A stretch of 55,128 nucleotides of DNA, counting the filler, from Perkinsus olseni (lineage: Eukaryota): assembly GCA_013115125.1 (NCBI GenBank). It is 3 parts of 3 records of this genome, joined end to end, with 100 filler letters (N's around TTAATTAATTAA, not from the genome) between each part and the next. Parts side by side here need not be neighbours in the genome. Positions count along the whole stretch, not along the records: positions 1 to 18,443 come from JABANN010000615.1; positions 18,544 to 36,788 come from JABANN010000618.1; 1 more part is not named here. One strand, given 5' to 3'. A program made the position numbers and the translations under genes. Positions 12,819 to 23,699 of this stretch are shown in pieces (positions within the stretch are counted from its first letter, which is position 1; each line of letters starts with the position of its first letter). Below the pieces are notes generated by a model. That model did not search any database and had not been told where the DNA came from. It saw only the letters and a program-made list of their open reading frames with translations.

Positions 12819-15800
12819 TCAATTGGATTTGGTTTTTCGTTTACTCTTGGCTGTGGTCAGCGTGTAGAGAATACCACCTGCGGCGCTGAGGAGAAGGCCT
12901 GTGTAGCCGCGGACCTGCGAAAACGAGCTACCACCCCAACCAGTGTTCCGATAAGGCCAGCGATTACGTTCAGTCTTGAATCATAGAGGACTATTCCCAC
13001 GATGGTCGTGATAGCTCCTTTCACGTTTCCGCACACACCAGTCGTCAGCGGGGAGTTCCGAGTGGTACCTTGACGAACATTCCACCAGTTTTCAATGCCC
13101 TCACGAACGAAACATGAACAACGCAAGGAAAGCCATAGAGAGAGCGAAAGAAGGTTTCTACTCGGCCCCGATGACTGGGACTGGAATCGCTTCCTGCTGC
13201 AATGTCGAAGTTGCTTTTCTACAGGGCGGTGGAACTGTTCCACCACCCTGTAGATTAGCAACTTGCAATCTTCCACTGGAACATGAAGGACGCAAATTGA
13301 GACGATTGAGCTACTGGGGGTGTTCAACAGACCTCTCCCGAAAATCAGGAGCGCTCCTAGGATTGAATTCAACGTGTAAAATACGATCCCGGGAGCGTTC
13401 TTGAAACTCAGGCGAGATCTATTGAACACGCGGACTGTGACTGAGACTTAGGGTGTTGGGATTTTTGATGTTGCTTATTCCAACTCCGAGGCCCGCTCGC
13501 GACAAGCTATTCTACAGACACTTCGCGAGCCTAGTCCTGTCGTCGTTGTATGTGCGGTACCCTAACAGTAAATTTGGTAGGAATTTTCCTGTGGTTAAAT
13601 TTGTGTTTTTTCAGAAGTAACCACAACAACGATAACAGCAATGCTGGTCTCGCCCAATAGATTATAAATTGCCTTTGCATACGTTGCACCTCTACTGGGT
13701 ATTCGCAAAGGAGCTTATTTGTGTCTGAGCTTCACTTACACTCGAAAGTGACGAAGTTCAATAGTGCTCCAAGAACACAGTAAAACAGAAGCTTCACGAC
13801 GCCTTCTGGTCGGAAGCCGTCAGCCATTGTAGCTCCGCCAGAAGAGGATGACAGTAACTCGTAGAGACATACCGGACCAAAAAAGAGAGTCGCATTGTAG
13901 AACGCTGAAACGGCAACTAGATCTGTCTCGGCTGATGACAGGTAGCTCGATCACCAGTGTAGTAAAGTAACGTTGTCGTGTCCATCAGCTCAGCCTTTTC
14001 GAGGCTATCACGAGCTCTGGCGGCCATGACCTACCCAAACGCTTTCAGTGAGGTGCTGATAGTGAAGAAGAACGCCTGGTTGCCGAGGAGCTGATGGAGC
14101 GAAGAAATGTTAACTCGGGAGGATGCAGAGTTGAACCCCGCAGACTCGGACGGCGGTGAAACTACTGCAGGGCGTGATTGGAATCCGTGCTGAGCGAGGA
14201 CTCAGCAGTTTCTCGGAAAAAGAAGAAGAAGAAGAGCTGCTGCAGCAGCGGAAGATCGAACGACACTCCTTCTCGCCTCAAAAATGCACAACTTACTAGG
14301 TAACCGGACTGGCAGAGTGTTGCTGTGAGGGCTGCTGCGTAACCCCAAGGATCAAAGTCGAGATCGCCGAGACCTGATAGGCCGAGATCGATCCCTGATG
14401 GAGAACCAAGCAAGGGAACACCGATTCGATGGAAACGCTTCTTGATTACGAGCAATACATGATTTACTCCTCATCCGGTGTGCAAGTGAACAGCGGAAAG
14501 AAGACCGATCGGAGCATATTTTCAGAGAGAGACACTTATCCAAATGAAGCTGCCTCTCACCGGCGCAGATGCTGCCGAAAGTGAGCAACCCCACGGCCAC
14601 AACAACGCCTCTGGTTCGAGGCTTCTGCCCTCGGAGGGCCCAGTCGGTAAGGAGGGCGCACAAGGGGGTCAGCCGCTTGAGCACATTGTATCTGCAAATG
14701 ATATCCGAACTGGGTGGAGCCGGTCAGCTTACATTGGAAGACTCGTGAATTTCATGGCGATGAATGACAGCTGCATGTTGCCTGCTTTGAGGAGGGTCAC
14801 AGGAACCAAAGACTGCCACACCACCCTCATCCTCAAAGTCGCGCAAGGACGGTTGGCCTGACAACAGCGGGTCCATCGAAACGGAGAGAAGGAACGCCGT
14901 GACACGGGTCTTTTTGCCGTCATTTCTCAGTTGCAATTAATCAGTCTGTATGTTCAACGGTGAGACTACAGCATGCCCTCTCGCGCAGTTCGCCCTTCTT
15001 TTCTAACTGCTTCGGATCGGTATTCATGATCGACGGTTGATCTAGGAAAGCGCTTACACAGACATAGATGACCCCTCGAGAGCACGCAGGCCGCTAGAGA
15101 ACCCCGTTCTCACCAGTCCAAGTGAATAGATCATCTGCAGTCCCAGACAGGTGACAATGCATTCAACGAAGAGAATGAGTTCTGGTGAAAGAGTGGTAGT
15201 GGTGGACGATGCCAGCGACTTGTTCGTCATCGTCATCAGTATTGCCGTTACGATGTACCTGCCAATTGCTGACGATATACAAGGTAAAAGTCGATCAAAT
15301 TTTCAGCCCGGATAAAACTACATGAATATTTACCTAGATATCACGTCGAAATTTTGAACCTCAACCACAGTAACAGAAGGAACTCAAACACTACAGCTCT
15401 TGCCAGCTCTCAGACACAGAGATTCATACATTATTTTCATGCCCGTGCGATTCTAATCCATGTAAGGCTGTTATTAACCTATAGAATGTTACTATAAATA
15501 TTGATAGTCCTTTATTGTATTTCCGATATCGTTGAAGATTCTTTACGACCGCTGTTGGCAGATATGCTACTCGGAATTCTTTCAAGTAGAAAGACGAGGC
15601 TAACCGTACTGAGTACTGCTCGAGTTCTCAACGGTTACCGTTGTTAACACAGGACTTCATCAGACATACTCAGACCCGTATATTTTATTTTTGACATCGT
15701 TGGATATTATTCATGATCCTTTCGTTGACAGGCATGCCCGTCGGCCCCCTTTTAAGTAGAAAGACAGTGCTAACTGTAGTGGATACTGTATCCACTACGT

Positions 15801-16028
15801 ACATCTATCCACTAGATACTGCAGCCCTGTATACACTGTATTTCTTCGCACACGCGAGCTGTATCCTGTATAAAGCACGCGTGTGCAAGGGCATATCTCT
15901 ATCGACTCTTGATTTCGACAGAACTTGCCCCAGCATTAAACTCACGCAAGTGCCGCAGCCAAACCTCGCTCGCTTTGATCCGCCGTGCCTGGTTCGCTCG
16001 ACTCAACAGGCATCTTCTCTATCGTCAT
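12819..16028 (-). CDS. Nucleotide-sugar transporter, SLC35D/TPT-like, multi-exon
   Basis: Spliced product MTIEKMPV...LAAALAYIVTAILMTMTNKSL...SLPMYNVLKRLTP...DLDFDPWGY...LLYYTAFYN...LGALLNFVTFECTTRNSPLTTGVCGNVK...GLLLSAAGGILYT...* carries the family motifs (NK, SLPMF..LRR, CT..NS.LTT..G..K). Confidence 0.85.
14117..14145 (-). promoter_or_regulatory. Relaxed B-box element in transporter intron
   Basis: Minus strand GTCTGCGGGGTTCAACTCTGCATCCTCCC within intron about 14031-14296. Matches GGTTCRANNC but lacks the second C. Confidence 0.4.
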
Positions 16029-16136
16029 AGTCAATGGACGGGACAAACAAGCATGCACTTGCCGGAGCACTTCCCGACTAGTACAACACGATTCTATCTC
16101 CGCTCAGAAACATTCCAACAGCTCATGCAACGGTTC

Positions 16137-18320
16137 AACGGAGTGCCTCGGTGGCCTTCTGAATCTTGGCCTGCTCCTCTTCAGTGAAGGGCTTATCATC
16201 CGGCCGTATGGTCATCAGTTCTCTTAACATAGTCCGCAGCTGATCAGAAAAACTATCAACTTTTCCAATAAACGCTTTCGTGATGTAATATGACGGAATT
16301 TCACAAGCATAGTGGATTCATTTTTGCATGTGACGTAGTGGCCTCATTTTGGCGCTCAGAGTTTTTTCCGCTACAGACTGTGATTACAACTCCCACTCTA
16401 CAAGTGATAGGCGTTGTGACCACAACGGGGTGAGTCGCGGCACATCCTGTCCTTTCCGCCAATCCCTGCTACCAGTATGACAGAAGGGTCCTTCCTCTTG
16501 CTGCCAGCTCCCCTCTTAACTCGCCAGGCAATTGCCTCTGCCGTATCAACCAACAGCGACCTGTCAGTTTCCTGAAGTAGAACCTATACCGTGACCGCTG
16601 CGCCACGAAATTCAGACACTCACCGTGAGATCTCTCTCCGTAAGATGGGCAGCTACTTTCGTCATGAGCATTTCCACAGCTTCCACTTCCACCACCGGAC
16701 CACTCTCACTATATTTATAAAGACCTAACCATGGAAGTAACTACCACCGCGACGCCACTCGAAGACGCAAGTTCCCACAATATGCTGGGCATTGCTACAG
16801 TGCGTTCCATTCAGACACGCAACTCAGAAGAATCGAGATCTCTAGACTGGAACGAGTTATTCTCGCTTCCCGCGGACCCGAAACTAGGTGTAATTCAACG
16901 GAGAGCACGAACGATTATCTGACGGAACGTGGCTTTCGGAGCTGACTATTACTCTTAGCAAGCTTGCACAAACCGTCCACTCGGAAGTCGTCACGATTCA
17001 CTAACAGAAGCTCTATTTGGTCCAAGATTCGCCGCTCGTACCTGGCCAGAAGAGCAGCGTTTGACACTCGAAAATGCAGAATGACTCTCGCTGGCCCACC
17101 TCTCATTTTTGAATTTATCGTTAATGAAGCCCTCCAATGCAATACTGCAGTCATGAATTGCAAACATGGGCAATCGACGGTCCAAGCGGCCCAGCATAGT
17201 GGCCACGAAATGAGAATCGTACCTAGTACTAACGGTGAGAGGCGTGGGTCGAAGAGCTCAAGGGTTGAGCTGATGCAAGCACGGTAAAGCTTCACTCTAT
17301 TAGATTGACAGCCCCGAACCCGTCCAGTGGCAGTGGTTGGCAGCTCGCCATTTCTCAAACCGTGAATATTCATGTATAGCCATCTAAGGGTAAGAACGTC
17401 GCTGGGTAGAACATGGCATGTAGGAGTGAGACTATCCTTTACCCCCCACCCTCCCGTGGACTTGTGCTCATCATGGCCGATGATCAGCACAGTACTACTC
17501 CTACCGCACCTTCCACTACTCAGCCCACTACTACAAATAATACTACCACGACCACTACTCCTACTGCTACTACCAATCTCGCTGACTAACAGCCCGCCAT
17601 ATATAGCAAATCTCCGGCTCAGTCGTACGACACGCCAGATGCTGAGCACGCCAGACCAGCTTGTTCCATATCTCCGGTGCCCCTATGCTGTCCTTCAGGC
17701 ACTTAGCCATTATGATAGCAACCGTAGGGGCTGCAAGGAACTTCAATCGGCGTCACGGCGTCGCAAGAGGAAAATTACCGTCCATTCTTTCGGCATACAA
17801 TTCGCCTCCTCTCAGTTCAATTTTGGCAACATCCGGAAAACCCATGAAGGTGGGCGGAGCGACGCGACGTTCTCGCCACCATTCCTTGTTGGGATGTAGG
17901 TTGCCCATCCTGAAGAAAGGAGTCGCTCTCGGCAGGATTCGAACCGGCGACCTCCGTCGTGAATCAGCAATCAACGCTCGAGGCCCCCGACCAACCCACA
18001 AGATCTGTTTGAACGAAGTTGCTTCTGAGCGCTGAGCTTAAAGTGCACATAGTATAGCGAAGAGTATATAGTGAACAAAGTTTGAGTTGACGAAAATTCT
18101 CTGATTTCCCTTGGATGTTTCACGGGTTTTTTTTGTTTTTTGTGAATGTCATTCAATTTATCCGATCGCTTTTGAAGATTTGCCTTCACAGATCGAGCAA
18201 CAGTCGCCTCGAGTATTACGTAAATCTGTCCGTCAACGGCCGTGGCGTCCGGAGCTTGAGATGCTGCTTGGACCAGCTCTTGCGGCCTGGTGGGGTGTAG
18301 GGGTGAGCTCGGATACCATA
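16137..18320 (-). CDS. Hypothetical multi-exon, probably alpha-helical protein (5' end uncertain)
   Basis: Coding-like segments APTVAIIMAKCLKDSIGAPEIWNKLVWRAQHL, NAALLARYERRILDQIELL, WWEVEAVEMLMTKVAAHLTERDLT|ETDRSLLVDTAEAIAWRV and terminal ...EEEQAKIQKATEALR*. Confidence 0.4.
17924..17953 (-). promoter_or_regulatory. Orphan B-box / tRNA-3'-half element in intron
   Basis: Minus strand AGGTC GCCGG TTCGAAT CCTGC CGAGAGC G, just upstream of a polypyrimidine-AG acceptor (17910). No tRNA 5' half. Confidence 0.7.
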
Positions 18321-18443
18321 TAGGGCCACGGATGAATGTCGCAACATGACAACGACTACTGAATAGAGATTGTGACCAGATAACTCAATCAGTAGATTGG
18401 GAGAGACAATATGATAATTATGATGTATAATGGGAACGATGCT

Positions 18444-18543
18444 NNNNNNNNNNNNNNNNNNNNNNNNNNNNNNNNNNNNNNNNNNNNTTAATTAATTAAN
18501 NNNNNNNNNNNNNNNNNNNNNNNNNNNNNNNNNNNNNNNNNNN
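18444..18543. other. Assembly gap with artificial six-frame-stop linker
   Basis: N-run + TTAATTAATTAA (18488-18499) + N-run. The same linker recurs at 36833-36844. Confidence 0.95.
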
Positions 18544-19611
18544 CTCCTAGAATCAGTTTGGACCTCCTGCAATACTTCCCCGGGCTAAGGCGACGGGAAG
18601 GGCGATGTTTGAACGTGTACCAAGACCACACTCGCCTGGGAGCACGTACATATGATATTGTACGTTCCGCTGGTTCGGTGATAAATGCAGGGACTTCTCC
18701 CCCCTATAGCAGTATGCTCGGCATTCTTATGGTTGGCAGCATTCTTCATTGAAATGATGAAGTGACATGATGACTCTGTTATACGAAGTTCGTATTACGA
18801 ACACGTGCCGTGAAAACGGGCAGACTCGACATCCTAGCCAATACGGTTGTCAGTCACAACCGAATAGATTGTATTCAACTTGTGATCCATTCAGTCTCTC
18901 ATACTCGTGTCGAGTAGCTCGACTATTGTTTCACCTATAAAGCAAATCTCGCTTACTCATAGAGCCCAGTTTCACTTGCCCTTTACAAACTGCTCATACC
19001 CCCGAGCATGGTTGTCTCAGGCTGTCCAAAGGACAACTTGAGCTTTTCTCGGCAACTGCTCAGTCTTCCTCCTTTTTTTGACACCTGACGACTCTTACTG
19101 ACAATAAACTGTCCAAAGCTCTGCGTCGGCGCCTTTTCGACACTTTTGTGGTAAAGGATAAACAGTGAGCACAATGTTGGCGAAAGGTGGCCCAAGTCTC
19201 ACGTTCGGACAAACTGTCCAGAGCGGGATCCAGGGCTATCTTTGGACATTCTCCCTTGTCGAAAAGGCCGTTGACATCTCTGTGTCTAAAGTTGACTTGT
19301 CCAAAGGTCACACAATCCCGCCGCAATAATACAGTCTTCCGAAAGCTTGTGAGTGTCGGCCGTTGTAAGCAACCTTTTGGCAGCCTCTCCTATTATAGGA
19401 GTCGTTTGCCATGAGCAACTGTGGCTAAATATAGCCTTCATTGTAAGGTGCTGTACTGATACCCTCTTCGTGTTGCCGCTAGCCACTGAGCCAAGCTACA
19501 AGCCAAGCATTAACGGCTCCAGAGGGGCATTCGTTCTCTTGTTCTCTGGCTCCTGAGGTAGCATGTCTGGATACCTCCGGGCTCAGCTTTCTTCTAGTTT
19601 TATCGATTACT

Positions 19612-21223
19612 ATGCCACCCTCCTCCTCTTCCATCACTGAGTCCGAGGGAGAAGTGGAAGAAGAGGCCCTATACTTAGTCATACAACGGCTATCAGGCGG
19701 AAGGCTTCTAGTCGATGAGGATAATGATAAATGGATTAATTTATACAATCAACCTGGCTTAGTAAACTATGTTGCATTCGGCAGGAGGAAGGTTGGCAGC
19801 AGGTGGCTGTTGAAGACGCCATTGATACATTCTCAACGCCCTCTTGATGCCTCAGATCAATACATACGAATGGTGGTAAGAACACATTGACATCATCATC
19901 ATCCGAGGAGGAAGTAGGCAAATCATCATCAGCTGCTACTCCTGTATCGCCTCTGACCGAAGATAGGATGATGAAGGCGGCCAAGAGTCTCCTGACCTGC
20001 AAACTGGGTAGTATGCTAGTCAACAACACTACTGCTATTAGTAGCAATGTTAACCCTTCTCTGTCGTCAGCCACAGCTTCTGGTTGGCATGCTGATCATA
20101 GTGATGCTGAGAGTCTCGTAACACTATCATCAACGGCTATGGCTAGTCTAGTAACAATACCACAGGCGAGTCTAGTGGGTAAATGTATACCGGGGGATAA
20201 GTAGGTGTTATGAGGACAGGAATGAGGGGTAGTGATGGATACGTAGGTATATGAAGTATCACCATCAATTGGATAAAGACAGAAGTGAGGAGTTGTACGG
20301 GCAGTGGGTAACTATACTACATCATGAGGCCTTGAAACTGATCAATCCAAAGAAATATGATGATAAGAATAAGGTAGCATTATTATTATACTGCTACTGA
20401 CGAGGGATGGAAGTGTGTCGTTCAGAGAGGCATGGAGAAATACTTACGTCGAGCTGAAGAGACACTGATAGATCCAAAAGAAATGTTCAAGACTGGCGTA
20501 TACCAAGGAAAGTAGTGACAAGAAGTGCTCACGGTAGAGGCAATGGAGTTAGTGAGACGGACGGTCCTTCCACTCCCCTCCGGGGCAGGTTTCGCCAATG
20601 TGTCAGGAGATAGCCCATGGCCAGAGGGGGAAGGGGGGGCAGAGTTCACGAGCTGTATTATAGAAGCTCTTCTTTTCGGAAACTCGTGGTCGAGTGGTTG
20701 CGTCGGAAAGCCGTCGAAGAATGAGCACCGTTTGATATGTTCGACACAGGTATAGTGCATTCAACGAGGGTGGCTTCCCCTTACTGTTGGCGGATGGTTC
20801 TGATATACCAAAAAGTCAAGTGAAAAAGCTTACTAAGATATTCCAAGCACAGGAGAGGAAATGGAAAGCAGCAGAGAAAGAAGGGAAGGATAGTAATAAC
20901 AAGGGACATCATATTAACAAGGTAATGATACTACTGAACAACACTATGATAATATTGAGTAGTATATCCATTCAGGATAGTACAGAGATCATATCGAAGA
21001 ATCACGTGAGGGAAGAGCGGAGGCCCTCAGCAACATCAGCGACAACAGTTGATAGTGAGGTCATCGTGGATGAAGGGGACCTAGGTACTTAGCATGACCA
21101 TACTAAGTATACTTGTATACTGTTTCCTCAGGACGGCTTCACATGGCTAATGGAACATTCGGTGGTCGACAAGGATGGGAGATGATGAGTACAGGGCCCT
21201 TCACTCATCAACTTGTGTTCTAG
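19612..21223 (+). CDS. DTD2: ATD/DTD2-type aminoacyl-tRNA deacylase (DTD-like fold) with inserted CysRS C-terminal-like module
   Basis: Eight exons joined at GT-AG sites give one open frame: LVIQRLSGGRLLV..KWINL..PGLVNYVAF..MMKAAKSLLTCKL..IPQASLVGKCIPGDKYMKYHHQLDKDRSEELY..[IDPKEMFKTGVYQGKYSAFNEGGFPLLLADGSDIPKSQVKKLTKIFQAQERKW]..GTFGGRQGWEMMSTGPFTHQLVF*. PQASL and STGPFTH match ATD motifs (PQATL, TNGP[YF]TH) rather than DTD1 (SQFTL, NDGPVT). Confidence 0.88.
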
Positions 21224-21910
21224 ACAGTTTCTGCAGCAAACGTGTTGTGACTATATGTATCAGGCGAGATAACGATGAATAGGTTGTGGTATGGGCAGCT
21301 GCATTAGAAGATAGCCACATCAGAATTGGGATATAATTCCAGAGAGATGGCAATACATATCACACGGAGCAGCATCGCTGTTGGTACCGGACAAATCGTT
21401 GGTAAAACATAAATATACAGCGGGATGTGAAGCGTTCTTACATGCAAGTGGATGCAGACTGAAAGCAACTGGATTTTGGCTCAGGCGCGGCGGGCCTCGT
21501 CGTAGAGTAAATCTACTACTGGGGTTGAACCGTGTATTGTCACATATACCCAAGCATAGCCGAGGAGCATGCTCAGGATGTACTGGCGGTTCAACCAGGG
21601 TTGGGACAAAATCTCTACAGTACCGAGTGAGGGGTGGCAACGGACTATTCTTGCCATGCTCGCGCGTCATGTCGCAACCCAGAGGTTGAAGCGAGTCCAC
21701 GATGAATATTATGCCTTGTAACTCTTTCTCTATGTCCTGCACGTAGATCCGTGCATTTATTATCAACCCAGGGGTCAGCCCAAGCTGATGCGTCCCTCTT
21801 ACCCTGCTGGGTTCTCCAACTGACACTGATACACGACATGCTGTAAACAAATCAAGAAAAACCAGGTCAAAATGATGAATGGTACTACAACCCTACAGAA
21901 AAGCTCCTAA

Positions 21911-23522
21911 TCACCAACTGCCTCCGGCACCACCGCCCGAGGCTCCCCCTCCACCGAAGTTGCTACCACCAAACCCAGATCCACCTCCCCCTTGATGTGA
22001 TGATGGTGGTGGTGGATTGATAGATCTATCTTGGGACGGCATCGGGCATGATGAAGTTCCTGTACCGAGACTTGTCCAGCTATATTGCTGTACGAAGCCA
22101 ACTGTTACAATGCCTGGATATTGATGTCTTAAACGCATCATCTGGAAGTCCCATAACGGACCATATTCATAGCCAGGATAGAAAGGCCCAACATACGTCA
22201 TACCACCCCCCAAGCCAGTGGATGATGATGAGGATGATACTCGTTTACCTCCACCATTAGGACCACCACCGTCGTGTTCATCATCACTGTCTTCGTCCTT
22301 ATTAACATCCTTCCTGCATACGGGGCAGCGTAGACCATCACGAGTATGCCGATGTATGCCTTGCTCTTGCCACTCCTGGAGACATCCCTTATGGAACTTA
22401 TGACCACATCTTAGTAGCTCGCACTCCTGCTGACCAGTAATAAGTGGTGCCTGCTGCTGCTGCTGCTGCTCGGCACTCTCATCGTTCTTCTTATCGCTTG
22501 ATGGATGATGGAGTTCGATGAAGTCTTCCAGGCATATTGGACATGAGGTTTGACGGAAGTGTCCCTGTAGTGCCTCAGCACGCTCCTTCTCCATACGACC
22601 CAACTGCCGCCTTACTGCGGATGTACGACGATTCTGGAGGCAACCTTTGATGAAGAAGAATATAACGCATCCCCAGATGCCGAAGAATAGGGTAAAGAAT
22701 AGTATGAGGGGGAAGGTTATCCTGAAGGCACACGAATATAACGCATGGAATACCACTGGAGTGCCACTGCCACTGCTGCTGGTCATGATTACCCGCTCAA
22801 CTGTTCTCCGGTGTCAACGACTTGTCTGATTAGTTTAACCCCTTCAAAGATCCCTTCAGCATACTTGTACTCCCTCATGAAGGGCCGCATACGATCGATG
22901 ATAACAGAAGCACTGGAAGTTGACATACGGTCATTGGCAGCCTTACCAGTGCTGATGAACCTATTAATCGAACACTACCATAACAATACTGTACCACATT
23001 CTACTACATCTCACGATTGCCTATGTCCAAAGCCATGACGACACCGCTATCACAAGGGGCATGACCAACACCCCAGGCGTTATGAATCTGACGATAGGAT
23101 GTTCGAAAGGTAACGATGTTATACTCCGACTTACACTCCTAGCGAACCTCTCGACCCCTCCTACAGGCCAGGTATTCCTGCTGATGGCCACCGCTAGCTG
23201 ATAGGGCCCTGGAGGTCGATCAACCAAGAAGGGTGATCGGGACATGAGTGCCTACCGCATTCGCTATCCACAGCGAAGCCCTTCCTGAGCTCTTGGTCGA
23301 GGAAGTTGATCTCATCGCGTGAGAGGTAACGATCAGGGTCACATATCCATCCCGGAGTTGACAGACCTGAGAGACCATCAGTGACCAGCCCCTATTGGCC
23401 TCCGAAGGCTATCATCTACCGCATCTCTCGGGGTCATGCTGTGGGTCTGGGTACTCGAAAGCGGTCACCAAACTTGAAAGGGACACCAACAACAGTAGTG
23501 AGAACCCATTATGAAATATCAT
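21911..23522 (-). CDS. Signal peptide + TPM (MOLO-1-like) domain + TM helix + RING-H2 + Gly-rich tail; putative membrane E3 ligase
   Basis: Spliced N-terminus MIFHNGFSLLLLVSLSSLVTAFEYPDPQHDPERCGLSTPGWICDPDRYLS (MOLO-1/TPM signature), TM ITFPLILFFTLFFGIWGCVIFFF, RING-H2 CPIC..CGHKFH..C..W..CPVCR, and C-terminus GGGSGFGGSNFGGGGASGGGAGGSW*. Confidence 0.85.
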
Positions 23523-23535
23523 CAGGGGACAACTA

Positions 23536-23570
23536 AGGACGCAGGTTCGAACCCTGGTAAACCCATTTTT
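23536..23570 (+). promoter_or_regulatory. Orphan B-box / tRNA-3'-half element
   Basis: AGGAC GCAGG TTCGAAC CCTGG TAAACCC A followed by TTTTT. Begins about 14 nt upstream of the ATG of the TPM-RING gene, antisense to it. Confidence 0.75.
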
Positions 23571-23699
23571 CCGCTGATCACAACTCAATACAATGTGGGA
23601 GAGAGAAACGATACACTTCTAATTCTTTCCAGACACTAGACTGATCCATGGTAGTACACATAGCACCGATACTTGCGACATCTTGCTATCTTACTATTC

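Noticed and set aside
18488-18499. TTAATTAATTAA palindrome inside N-runs (also 36833-36844)
   Set aside because: Identical, centred in 100-nt gaps and giving stops in all six frames: a scaffolding linker, not biology.
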